From IMG/VR virus record IMGVR_UViG_3300048854_000036, positions 1-40,785 of that record: a DNA stretch of 40,785 bases; one strand, given 5' to 3'. A program made the translations under genes and the position numbers. Below the pieces are notes generated by a model that was not told where the DNA came from, ran no database searches, and worked only from the letters and a program-made list of their open reading frames with translations. Origin of the DNA: a virus. Its lineage: Duplodnaviria; Caudoviricetes. Below, one piece after another: positions 1-8,947 of the stretch (within the stretch, counting starts at the first letter, position 1; each line of letters starts with the position of its first letter).

Positions 1-127
1 AGCCCTGCACCTTTGCCCACATAAGGAAAAAGGCGAGGAACGAGACCTTAGCCCTTTCCATGGACGCGCTTGTCGAACTGCGCTTTCGCTGCGCTCTTCT
101 GCGCCTGATTCAGCAGGCGAGTCGCTT
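1..127. repeat. 127-bp direct repeat identical to 40659-40785 (assembly overlap)
   Basis: Exact identity read from both ends; 127 is a common assembler k-mer; it falls inside coding sequence. Confidence 0.95.
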
Positions 128-428
128 CTTTCTCAGCGGCAGCGATTTCGGCGTCGAGTTCGTCTTCCGTCTCATGCACCGCATTCGCGCCGTCGCCCGC
201 GGCGCTGCCCTTCTGGATCGAGCCGACGAGGTTCTCGACGCGGCCGATCAGCATCACGGTCGCGGCGGCGTTCTTCTTCGACCAGTAACGGTCCCCGCGC
301 GTGGTCTTGTCCATCGTCTGGAGATCGATGCCATAACCCGGCCACGTCTCGGGATCCGACTCGTCAAGGAACACATCCACCAGCTTTTCAGAGAGCGCTT
401 GCAAACGCTCGTATTGGTCTAGTCTCAT
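48..428 (-). CDS. terS: Terminase small subunit (probable), 126 aa from MRLDQY
   Basis: Directly upstream of and overlapping terL across the circular junction; ATGA overlap with the HNH stop at 425-428; small helical protein. Confidence 0.7.
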   Translation of the reverse strand: MRLDQYERLQALSEKLVDVFLDESDPETWPGYGIDLQTMDKTTRGDRYWSKKNAAATVMLIGRVENLVGSIQKGSAAGDGANAVHETEDELDAEIAAAEKEATRLLNQAQKSAAKAQFDKRVHGKG

Positions 429-919
429 GTCGTGCACCCCGCGTGTAGTTTTCGTTTCGCATTGATATATGCCGAATGCGCTTCTTCCGCTGTCCTGAAA
501 TATCCAAGATAGATGGTATTCCCATCGACCTTTATCTGCGAACGGAACCCTTTGCCGAACTGGCTTACACCGAGAAGCTCCGTAGCATTTTCTTTATGAG
601 CGGAACGCTGGCTCTGCATTACCTCGGCACGTGTTCGCGGTTCAAGATTTTCGAATCGGTTGTCTGAGAGCACCCAATTTTTATGGCCGACTTCTTCGCG
701 CGGCCATTCCCCTGTTACAAACAACCACGCGATTCTGTGTGCCTTTAAGCTTCTACCGTTGACCCGTATCGTTACGTAGCCGTCTTCGGCAATGTGACCG
801 GCTGCCTGCCCAACTTGGATGCGATAGGACTTTCTAATCCGCCACGTGAAAATCCCCGTCTTCGGGTCATAGTTCAGCCATTCGCGAAGACGCTCTGGGG
901 TAATATCATCAGTAGCCAT
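425..919 (-). CDS. HNH endonuclease with C-terminal AP2-like DNA-binding domain, 164 aa (true start MATDDIT at 919)
   Basis: HRIAWLFVTGEWP..VGHKN....DNRFENL HNH motif; GVS....FRSQIKVDG..IYLGYF.TAEEAH.AY AP2 motif; SD AGGAG upstream of 919; lower GC than neighbours. Confidence 0.85.
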   Translation of the reverse strand: MATDDITPERLREWLNYDPKTGIFTWRIRKSYRIQVGQAAGHIAEDGYVTIRVNGRSLKAHRIAWLFVTGEWPREEVGHKNWVLSDNRFENLEPRTRAEVMQSQRSAHKENATELLGVSQFGKGFRSQIKVDGNTIYLGYFRTAEEAHSAYINAKRKLHAGCTT

Positions 920-989
920 ATATCGATCTCCTATATCGATGTTGGTCAGAAGCCCCGGTTCCGCGCGAACGGCCGGGGCTTCGTCAATT

Positions 990-3599
990 CTACTGACCGC
1001 CGAACGCATGCGCGAGGTCAGGGGCACGATCCGGAACAGAACTTCCGGGATTCCACCAGAAATCATTACCGTACTGCTTATTCGATCTGTTCACGTTGCG
1101 CTGCGTCACGCCCGGTGACAAGTTCTCAGCGATGTTATCGAAAATCAGCCTATTCCAAACAGTTTTCCAATACCACAAGTTAATCAGCGGCGTATTGTTC
1201 TGCGCGAACTTCAGCATGTCCGCCGCGACGTGCGTGTCCTTTCCGTTCGCCGCGTCGGTCGCATTCTGATAGGCAATGTGCAGCGGGTCGAACAGAACTG
1301 ATCCGACCGGGCCGCCGACGATCGAGCCAATCGCTGAACCGTAATCGCGCGAGGTCAGTGCCGAGTTCAACATGTCGCCCGCGAAGCCTGCGCCGCCGCC
1401 CTTCAGAAACGCGCGCGTCCAGAAGAGCGCCGCTTGCTTCGGGTCGCCCCACATCGCCTCGGGATCTTTGCCAAAGATAAGGTCCTTTGCCTGATTCGAG
1501 ACTGCGCCCATGATCGTCGTGCTGACGACCAGCGCCGCACCATAAGCCAGCGGGTTAGCGAGCGTCGGCGCGCCCTCAGGTAGGTTTTGTCCGCGCCAAC
1601 CGTACTCCCGGCGCATATCGTTGAGCCGCCCCCAATGCCGCGTCATCATCGCGATAGGGAATGCTTTGAACTGCATGAACGTCTTACGCAATTCGCCGCT
1701 GATCGTCCCGGACGGCGCGGACGTTATCACCTTCGCGGCGAGATCGGGATTGAGCACCGCATACTCACCTTCTTCGCGGATCATGCCTAGCATCTTCGGC
1801 ACGATGCTCGCGGCGCTCTCATGACCGGTGCCGTAGATCGCGTCAGGCGTCAGAAATTTATTGCCGCCATACTCTCCCGGCTTCGCGGTGTTGATGACGT
1901 CCCAGTCCGCCTCGGTGATGCCAGATCGCCCGAGCGAGCGGCGGTCCCATTCGTCCAGATCGCCCCATTTCGTCCCGGCCATTTTCCCCAGACCCTTCAT
2001 CATCTGCGCCTGAAACCCGGTGCGCAATGCATCTGTCCAGGCCGTGACGCCGCCAAACTTCATCGTTGCCGCCGACAGATTGCTCGCCCATGTCGTCGAC
2101 AGATTGTCGGTGCCCCACCGGTTCAAACCGTGTTCGAGTGATTCAGCGATCAGGCCTTGCGACGAAAGGTAATCGCGATACGCGGAGCCCCCAGGCAAGC
2201 GAAGTCTGGCGGCAGTAGCCAGCGACTTAAAGAACGGGACTTTGTTATACCCTGCGGTCACATAGAGCGTGCCCACATCGCCAAGCGCCGCGAGTAGAGT
2301 CGCCTGCAGCTTGATCGCACTGACAACCGTTCGCGCCGCGGAGAACCGTTCAGCCATCGCCGGATTCACTGGCGTATTCGTGGTCCCATTCACGTAGTTC
2401 CAGTAGGCACCGATAGACGTAAAACCGCCTTCGAGCGTGCGCAACTCGGTGTTGTCGTGCACCGCCGTCATCTGCATCTGCGTCTGCATGTTGCGCGTCG
2501 GATTCGGGCCGTAGCGCTCGGTGAGCGTGATGTTCTTAGCCATGCCGGTGATGTGATCATTCAGCGCGTCAAGGAGCGAGCCTTCGCCGAACTTCGCGTT
2601 ATAGGCCATGTGCGCATCAGCATCGGCGAAGTGCAGCACGCGATGCTGAGATCCGGCGTTCGCGCGCCCGCCCGTGCCAGTCGTCTCGCCCGGGGTGATC
2701 TTGTTGACGCCACCATAGGCGATCGTGTCCCAGACGCCCTGCGTGCGAGGCGCGACGCCCTGCCCGCGCGCGGCGGCGTTGGCTTGCTCCCACGGCACGC
2801 GGTCGTCTCCGGTGAGCACCTTGCGCAGCTCGGCGTCGCCCATCTGGTTGCCGCTGTCGTCGAGATAGCGCGAGCGGTCGAGCAGCGGCATCACGGTATC
2901 GGCCCACGCGGCGCGCTGCGCATCGGAGCCGTCGCCGAGCACCTTGGATTGGCTGTGCCGGATCGGCACATAGCCGTAGTCGAGCTCGCCGACATTGCCG
3001 CCCGCGCTATTGAACCGCGTGCGCATCGCGTCGGTCGTCTTGCTGATCTGCGTGGCTGCCGCCTTCGCCACGTCGTTTCCGGTCGAACCGTCCGCGCCGC
3101 GGTAGATCTCACGGATGATGTCGCGCTCCATCGCGGGATTGTCGACGTCGAAGGCGCGCGCGATGAAGTTCTGGCCGTGCTTCATGGCATCGATCGCGCC
3201 CATCGTGCCGCGCATGTAATCGGCCTTCAGTGCGCCGATCTGCGTGTACGTTTCGGAGATATCCGCCTTCACCGCCTTCTCGCGCGCGCGCTTCGCATGC
3301 GCTTTCTCCGGGTCGGCATAGAGACGCTCGTTCACTCGGTCGGTCGTCTCGATCTGCTTGGCGACCTGCTGCAGCTTGCGCTGCTTCGCGAGTTCGGCTT
3401 CGTGCTCCAGCTGCTGGCGCGCGAAGTCCGCGCCGGCCGCCGTGCGTTCTGCCTGCGTCATGCCGCGCCACGCGTCGATGTCCTGCGCGGCGACTGAGCG
3501 CATGCCCGCGCGCACACGGTTCTCGATGCCGTCGATCTCCGCTTTCGTCAGCGCGCGCCCGGCCGCCGCCGTTACTGCCTGAATGCACTTGTCGCGCAT
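990..3599 (-). CDS. Large internal virion (ejection) protein, 869 aa
   Basis: Last of the internal-protein series after the tail tubes; hydrophobic Gly-rich C-terminal helices typical of podovirus ejection proteins. Confidence 0.75.
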   Translation of the reverse strand: MRDKCIQAVTAAAGRALTKAEIDGIENRVRAGMRSVAAQDIDAWRGMTQAERTAAGADFARQQLEHEAELAKQRKLQQVAKQIETTDRVNERLYADPEKAHAKRAREKAVKADISETYTQIGALKADYMRGTMGAIDAMKHGQNFIARAFDVDNPAMERDIIREIYRGADGSTGNDVAKAAATQISKTTDAMRTRFNSAGGNVGELDYGYVPIRHSQSKVLGDGSDAQRAAWADTVMPLLDRSRYLDDSGNQMGDAELRKVLTGDDRVPWEQANAAARGQGVAPRTQGVWDTIAYGGVNKITPGETTGTGGRANAGSQHRVLHFADADAHMAYNAKFGEGSLLDALNDHITGMAKNITLTERYGPNPTRNMQTQMQMTAVHDNTELRTLEGGFTSIGAYWNYVNGTTNTPVNPAMAERFSAARTVVSAIKLQATLLAALGDVGTLYVTAGYNKVPFFKSLATAARLRLPGGSAYRDYLSSQGLIAESLEHGLNRWGTDNLSTTWASNLSAATMKFGGVTAWTDALRTGFQAQMMKGLGKMAGTKWGDLDEWDRRSLGRSGITEADWDVINTAKPGEYGGNKFLTPDAIYGTGHESAASIVPKMLGMIREEGEYAVLNPDLAAKVITSAPSGTISGELRKTFMQFKAFPIAMMTRHWGRLNDMRREYGWRGQNLPEGAPTLANPLAYGAALVVSTTIMGAVSNQAKDLIFGKDPEAMWGDPKQAALFWTRAFLKGGGAGFAGDMLNSALTSRDYGSAIGSIVGGPVGSVLFDPLHIAYQNATDAANGKDTHVAADMLKFAQNNTPLINLWYWKTVWNRLIFDNIAENLSPGVTQRNVNRSNKQYGNDFWWNPGSSVPDRAPDLAHAFGGQ

Positions 3600-5825
3600 T
3601 TAATCCCCCGATCCTATGAAACAGTTCGCCGCGACCTGCAACAGGCTGGCGTCCTGCAAGGTGTTCTGGTGTTCCTCGTCGATCGTGCGCAGGATATCGC
3701 CGATGGAGCCTTCCTGATGCCCCGCATTCGCATCGACGTGCACGACGGTATCGGGGCGCTCCAGTGCGGTCTGACGCACGCTCTGCTCGATCGGGCTTTG
3801 CCGTTCTTGGCCTGAAGCAGCTTCGCCTGATGCCTGAGGCACGGAAGCCTTCGCTTCGTTCGGTACGCCGCTGGAATCTGTCTGCGATCTCTGTTCTCGG
3901 AATGCCCGCAATGCACGCGCATCATCTGAAACCGTGCCGAGGGATTCGCCCCCCTTCAGAACAGCGCCGTGGCTCTCAGCGAGGTCATAGAGAATGGTTC
4001 CGATGCCGCGTCTACGGTAGCGGTCGTGAACAAACGAATCGATCGCGCGGTCACCGGGGGAGAACGCCAACTTACCTATCTCATCGCCTGACCTGTTCCT
4101 TGCGATGAATTCGGCCGGATCTGTCTCACGGGGGACGTAGCCATCTGGCATTGCACCGGACCCGCGGGCGTGCTGCTTTTCAACCGTGATCTCTTCACCG
4201 CCCTTGATGGAGAATGTCCTGGAATCTCCGTTTCTAAATAGCGTTGATTGGCCATCGACTTCCGCCGCGCGCGCCGCGCCGATGTCTCGCGCGTATCGCC
4301 CAAGCACGTCGCCGCTCATCAATTCGGGCGGCACACGGTCGAGCACGTCAACGGGTTCGCCCGCATCCATCTGGCGTGCCGCGAGCTCGAACGCGTCCTG
4401 GTGCGTCGCCATGCTCGCGACGTCGTCGGCCGGGCCGATGTGCGCGTCATCGACGATGCGCTGCCCGTGCGCGAGGAATGCCGCGTCGGTCTGCGCGGGC
4501 GTCGGATCGAACGTCGCATTCGTGATCTGGTGATTCGCTGCGTACTCGTCGAAGCGCTTTAGATAGGCGATCGTCTCCGGGTCGGTCGGCTTGCCGCCCG
4601 CGTGCACAGCCTGCGCCTGCTTCACGCCGCCGTTGTATTCGGTGATCGCCGCGCGCATGTCGCCGTCGTAGCGTTTCAGGAGGTCGGCAGCGTAAGCCGC
4701 CGCGGCGTCGATCGAGTTCACCGGGTCTTTCGGGTCGCCCTTGCCGAATGCCCTGAACGTGTCGTCAGTGAACTGCATCACGCCTTTCGCGCCGGCCGGA
4801 CTCACCTGATTGCTGTTCGAGCGCTCGCCGCGGTTCTTGATGAAGAGCAGCATCTCGGGCGGCACGCCGGCGGCTTGCGCGGCCTGCTGCGCGTACGCGT
4901 CGAGGGATGGGGAGTTGAACGGCAGGGCCTTGCGCGCGTCGACGCTCATCTCGGTGATCGGCACCGATGGCGCCGCGCCGGGCGTCGCGGGCTTCGCCGC
5001 TGTCTCGGCAGCACTCGCCGCTCGTTTCGCGCCCACCACATGCGCCCCACCGAAAGCCCCCGCGATCAGCGTCGAGGCCGCGAGGTTCACCGGGTCGAGC
5101 GGGTCGATCTGATCGGCGAGATGGTCGTAATTCGAGTTCTTCAGGATGGCTTTCTCTGCCGAACCTTGGACGACAGTCAGGCCGGGCCCACCGATCGCGA
5201 CGAGGCCCGCCGTGCGCGCGAGCGTCGAGCCGCCGACGGGCAGCACCGCACCCAGCCCGCCGAGCGTGCCTTCGACCGCACCGACAGCGGTTCGTGTGCC
5301 GACGTCGACGCCTTCGCGCTTCAGGTCTTCGGCGCGCCCCAGGCCGATCGACGCGCCACCGACCGCCGCGCCCGCGAGCGGACCGCCGAGCACAGCAGCC
5401 GGAACAATCTGCGTCAGTCCGGCGACCGCACCTTGCACCACCTGATCAATCGCCGTCGTGTTCGTCGGATCGGGTTTCAGCGTGCTCGCAAAGTCGTAAG
5501 CCGCCGTGCCCGCGCGCGATTCGAACAGGTGCCCGGCCTTGCCGGCCGCGATCGCCTTGTTGATGCGCTGATCGTCAGCTTCCTGCAAAGAAGGATTGAG
5601 CAGCGCCTGATCGGGATCTGAGTAGATTTGACTCAGGCCAGCAGCGGTGTCGGCGGCAGCGCCAGCGAGGTTCGCCGCACCCTGCCCGAAGCCGCGCCCT
5701 GCCGCTCGCGCGATCGAGGTAAGCGAGGTGCTAGGCGCGGGCGCAGCGGGCTCGGGCACGTTCGCCTGATTCTGGCCGGCGAGATAGTCCGACGTGCTGT
5801 CGGCATAGAGCGGATCAAATGGCAT
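3600..5825 (-). CDS. Internal virion protein with lytic transglycosylase (SLT) domain and GNAT-like domain, 741 aa
   Basis: SLT motifs GE.S....VSPAGAKGVMQF, AAITEYNGG, ETIAYL; acetyl-CoA motif FVHDRYRRRGIGTILY. Confidence 0.8.
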   Translation of the reverse strand: MPFDPLYADSTSDYLAGQNQANVPEPAAPAPSTSLTSIARAAGRGFGQGAANLAGAAADTAAGLSQIYSDPDQALLNPSLQEADDQRINKAIAAGKAGHLFESRAGTAAYDFASTLKPDPTNTTAIDQVVQGAVAGLTQIVPAAVLGGPLAGAAVGGASIGLGRAEDLKREGVDVGTRTAVGAVEGTLGGLGAVLPVGGSTLARTAGLVAIGGPGLTVVQGSAEKAILKNSNYDHLADQIDPLDPVNLAASTLIAGAFGGAHVVGAKRAASAAETAAKPATPGAAPSVPITEMSVDARKALPFNSPSLDAYAQQAAQAAGVPPEMLLFIKNRGERSNSNQVSPAGAKGVMQFTDDTFRAFGKGDPKDPVNSIDAAAAYAADLLKRYDGDMRAAITEYNGGVKQAQAVHAGGKPTDPETIAYLKRFDEYAANHQITNATFDPTPAQTDAAFLAHGQRIVDDAHIGPADDVASMATHQDAFELAARQMDAGEPVDVLDRVPPELMSGDVLGRYARDIGAARAAEVDGQSTLFRNGDSRTFSIKGGEEITVEKQHARGSGAMPDGYVPRETDPAEFIARNRSGDEIGKLAFSPGDRAIDSFVHDRYRRRGIGTILYDLAESHGAVLKGGESLGTVSDDARALRAFREQRSQTDSSGVPNEAKASVPQASGEAASGQERQSPIEQSVRQTALERPDTVVHVDANAGHQEGSIGDILRTIDEEHQNTLQDASLLQVAANCFIGSGD

Positions 5826-5827
5826 GG

Positions 5828-7981
5828 TCAGAACGGGTTGTCGGTCATGGAGGTGCTCGCGGCGGCGACAGGCGCGGCGGCCTGCTGCGGCTTCTGCGCG
5901 CGCGTCAGATGGATCGTGACGGGCGCGCCGGTCTGATCGGTGACGAACTTCGAACCGGTGACGACCGCATACGTGCCGCGCACGCCGACGCGCATCAGCT
6001 GGTAGCTCGGGAATTTGGACATGAACTCGTCGGCGGGGATCGGCTTGCCGTTCGCGTAGACCGTGTCAATCGGCTTGCCGCCGATCTGGTTCTCGATGTT
6101 GCCCGCGCCGGCCGTCTTCACGCTGCCCTGAAACTCGTCATCGCTCCAGCCATAGGGCAGCGCGACCTGTTTCGGTTTGCCGCTCGGCAGCGTGCCGCCC
6201 GTGTTCGAGACGCCGCCCGTCGCGGTATCGATGCCGCCTTGAATGTCGTTCTTGTCGGGCACCTCGTGACCATTGCGATGGGCGTTCGAGATCGCGATGT
6301 AATACGCCATCTCTTTCGCGTCCTGCTCCTGATTCGGCGGGAGCGTGCCATTCACCGCGGTCGCGATCTGCGCGCGCATGCCCGTGCCGGCCGCCTCGTC
6401 GATCTTCACCGTCTTGTCGGCAATGGCTTGCTGGCCGTCGAGAATGTAGCTCGCGACCGGCCTGCCCTTCGTCGTCATCAGCGGCTGGCCGTCACCGCCC
6501 GCCGAGCCCGCCTTCAGCGCGAGCGCGACGGATGGGTTCTTTTCCTTCCACTGTTCCGCCAGATCATTGATGCGCGCCGCGTTATTTGACGCTGCGCCGA
6601 TCTGCGTCAGCACCTGCGCCTTCGCATCGGTCGACAGAGCGCTGACGGTATCGAGCACCTTGCTCGCTTCGTCGGGCGTGAAGAGCGAGACGCGGCGCCC
6701 GGCCTGCTGATCGATGACACCGGCCGCCGCCGCGCGCCCCTGGATCGAGGTGAGCAGATTCGGGATGCTCGACGTATCGAGCGGCGGAATCTGCTGGATG
6801 ACGCCGCGATCAAGCGCCGCGTTCCATGGATCTTTCTTGTACGCCTCGACGCTCGCATCGTAGATCTGCTGGCGAGCCTTCACCGCCTTCGCTGTCAGCG
6901 GATCGGTGCCGATGCCCGGCGTGTTCGCGTCGGTCTGGTCTTTCTGGATCGCCGCGCGCATCGCCGGGAGAGACAGGCTGGAGAATCCTGCATTCTGCCC
7001 GGCTGCGGTGATCAGGCGCTGCGTATCCGCCGCGACTGCTGTGCCCGACGTCGCGTCGTTGAGCTGCTTGATGTACGCCGGGCTGAATTGCTTTCCGGCA
7101 TTCATCAGGTCGGAGGCTTGATTGAACGCGGTGACGGCCTGCGTCTCGCGCGCCTGCGCCTCGGCGCTGCTCTGGTTCTCCAGCGTCAAGCGTTGCGAGA
7201 CGACCGACGAGAGCACCTGATTGCGCTGCTGCGCGGTCATCTTGCCGGAGTAGAAGCCGTCGTGCGACGTCAGGTCCTTTTCGAGTTGCGTGAGCGCGGC
7301 CGCGTCGCCGTTGCCGCGAGCCTGAATTGCTGCGAGCGTGGCGTGCTGCGTGTATTGCTGGTTCTCCCAGTTCGTGTACATCTCATTGGCTTTGGCCGTC
7401 GAGATGCCCGCCGTGGGCGCAGTCGCCATAAACGCGGCCTTCGTGCTCGCCGTGGTCTGTGCGATGTTGCCGGGGTCGACGGCGATGTCCTTGCCCGCGT
7501 TATCGAGCAGCGCGCCGACGTTCGCCGCGTTCTGCTGCTGCGTGTACTTCGTGAGCGTCGAGCCCATCTGCAGCTGCACGGTGCGATCGAGACCGACGTT
7601 CTGCATGGTGGCGGCCTGCTTGAACTGCGAGTCAGGCAGCGCGCCGATGGTCGTTTCGAAGGACTGTTTCGTCGCGTCGGTGACGCGCTTCGTGTAATCG
7701 TCTGGCGTGATCAGGTTCGACGAGAGCGCCTCGCCCGCGTCCTGCATTGCGACCTTCACATTCGTCTGGTGCGTCTGGTAGGCGGTCAGCGCAGACGTGC
7801 GCGCGAGTGCGTTTTCCTGCTGCACATCGAACGTGTGCTGCGCCTGTGCGACCTGCACGCCGGCATTGCCGAGTTGCTCGACGGCCGCTCCTTGCTGCGC
7901 GCCGAAGGCGTTCGGCGAGAACTGAGGCGCCGGGCCGGCGCTTGCGACTTGGTTGCCGAAGTCGCCCATTGGGATTCTCAT
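5828..7981 (-). CDS. Internal virion (ejection) protein, 717 aa
   Basis: Position in the ejection-protein cluster; Ala/Gln-rich helical protein starting MRIP. Confidence 0.7.
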   Translation of the reverse strand: MRIPMGDFGNQVASAGPAPQFSPNAFGAQQGAAVEQLGNAGVQVAQAQHTFDVQQENALARTSALTAYQTHQTNVKVAMQDAGEALSSNLITPDDYTKRVTDATKQSFETTIGALPDSQFKQAATMQNVGLDRTVQLQMGSTLTKYTQQQNAANVGALLDNAGKDIAVDPGNIAQTTASTKAAFMATAPTAGISTAKANEMYTNWENQQYTQHATLAAIQARGNGDAAALTQLEKDLTSHDGFYSGKMTAQQRNQVLSSVVSQRLTLENQSSAEAQARETQAVTAFNQASDLMNAGKQFSPAYIKQLNDATSGTAVAADTQRLITAAGQNAGFSSLSLPAMRAAIQKDQTDANTPGIGTDPLTAKAVKARQQIYDASVEAYKKDPWNAALDRGVIQQIPPLDTSSIPNLLTSIQGRAAAAGVIDQQAGRRVSLFTPDEASKVLDTVSALSTDAKAQVLTQIGAASNNAARINDLAEQWKEKNPSVALALKAGSAGGDGQPLMTTKGRPVASYILDGQQAIADKTVKIDEAAGTGMRAQIATAVNGTLPPNQEQDAKEMAYYIAISNAHRNGHEVPDKNDIQGGIDTATGGVSNTGGTLPSGKPKQVALPYGWSDDEFQGSVKTAGAGNIENQIGGKPIDTVYANGKPIPADEFMSKFPSYQLMRVGVRGTYAVVTGSKFVTDQTGAPVTIHLTRAQKPQQAAAPVAAASTSMTDNPF

Positions 7982-8499
7982 TCTGCGGCTCCTGTGTAGG
8001 TCTGGTTGGCGACGGCGCTCTTTGCCATCTTCCAGCGGGAATAAGCCGTGACGCCGGTCGCGAGCGCGGACAGCTTAGAGGCAGACGCCGCGCTCTGTCC
8101 CGCCGCGCGCGTCAGTTGCGCATTGGTCTGAAGCGCCACCGCCTGACGGCCGCCGTTCGTGATCGCCGCGAGTGCGTCGCTGTTGGCGTTGTCGCCGATC
8201 GTGTCCGCGGCAAGCTTGGCCGATCCGCTATCCACGACCACACCGGACGCCGCCGCCGCCGCGCGCGCAGTGCCCTGAGCCGCCGCACCATTGCGCCGGA
8301 TCACTGTTGCCTGATCGCGCGCCGACTGGAGCGCCTGATTCGATTGCACCATCAGCGCATCGGATTGCGCGTTGGCCGCAGCTTCGGCCGCGCTGCCCTG
8401 CTTGAGCGCGCCGAATGCGCTGAGCGCCGCCGAGCCAACACCGAGTGCGGTATTGGCATTGCCCGCCGTGAGGAAGGTCGAAGGGTTATTGGTTCCCAT
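7978..8499 (-). CDS. Small internal virion protein (T7 gp14-like), 173 aa
   Basis: Ala/Gly-rich, A.AAASGVVVDSGS motif; GAGG SD before ATG at 8499; synteny. Confidence 0.7.
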   Translation of the reverse strand: MGTNNPSTFLTAGNANTALGVGSAALSAFGALKQGSAAEAAANAQSDALMVQSNQALQSARDQATVIRRNGAAAQGTARAAAAASGVVVDSGSAKLAADTIGDNANSDALAAITNGGRQAVALQTNAQLTRAAGQSAASASKLSALATGVTAYSRWKMAKSAVANQTYTGAAE

Positions 8500-8947
8500 G
8501 TGGAGCCTCGAAAATAAAGCCGAAGGGGCGCAGGCCAATGCGCTCGTAGAAGGTAACGACCCGATCGACGTCGGGCGTCTCGGTGCAGATACCCATATTC
8601 GTCATGACTGCGCCGCGCGATTGCGTCCACTGCACGAACGCGCGAATCATCCGAAACGAATCGAGCGAGCCGCGATAGGCGGGCAGCATGTAGACGGTGA
8701 GTTCCGTGCCGATCTTGTCCTCGCTCATCCAGTGCTCAGTGACCATGCCGGCCATCGCGCCGACGATCTGACCGTCGCGCACAGCAACGTGCACAAAGCC
8801 ATCCTCGGACTCGATCAACTGCCCGATGAAGCGCTCGACCTTGTGCGGCGCGTAGCGAAAGCGCCCGTAATGCGGCAATTCGGCGGCCATCACGGCGCCG
8901 AGTTCGAGCAGCGTAGGCAAGTCTGCGAGAGTGGCAGCGCGGATCAT
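8486..8947 (-). CDS. GNAT-family acetyltransferase (T7 gp13 position), 153 aa
   Basis: MIRAATLADL start, VYMLPAYRGS motif A, FYERIGL end; ATGA overlap with tail tube B. Confidence 0.8.
   Translation of the reverse strand: MIRAATLADLPTLLELGAVMAAELPHYGRFRYAPHKVERFIGQLIESEDGFVHVAVRDGQIVGAMAGMVTEHWMSEDKIGTELTVYMLPAYRGSLDSFRMIRAFVQWTQSRGAVMTNMGICTETPDVDRVVTFYERIGLRPFGFIFEAPHGNQ

Noticed and set aside
920-1066. 49-aa N-terminal extension of the HNH ORF
   Set aside because: It overlaps the upstream gene and the hairpins; a good SD precedes ATG 919
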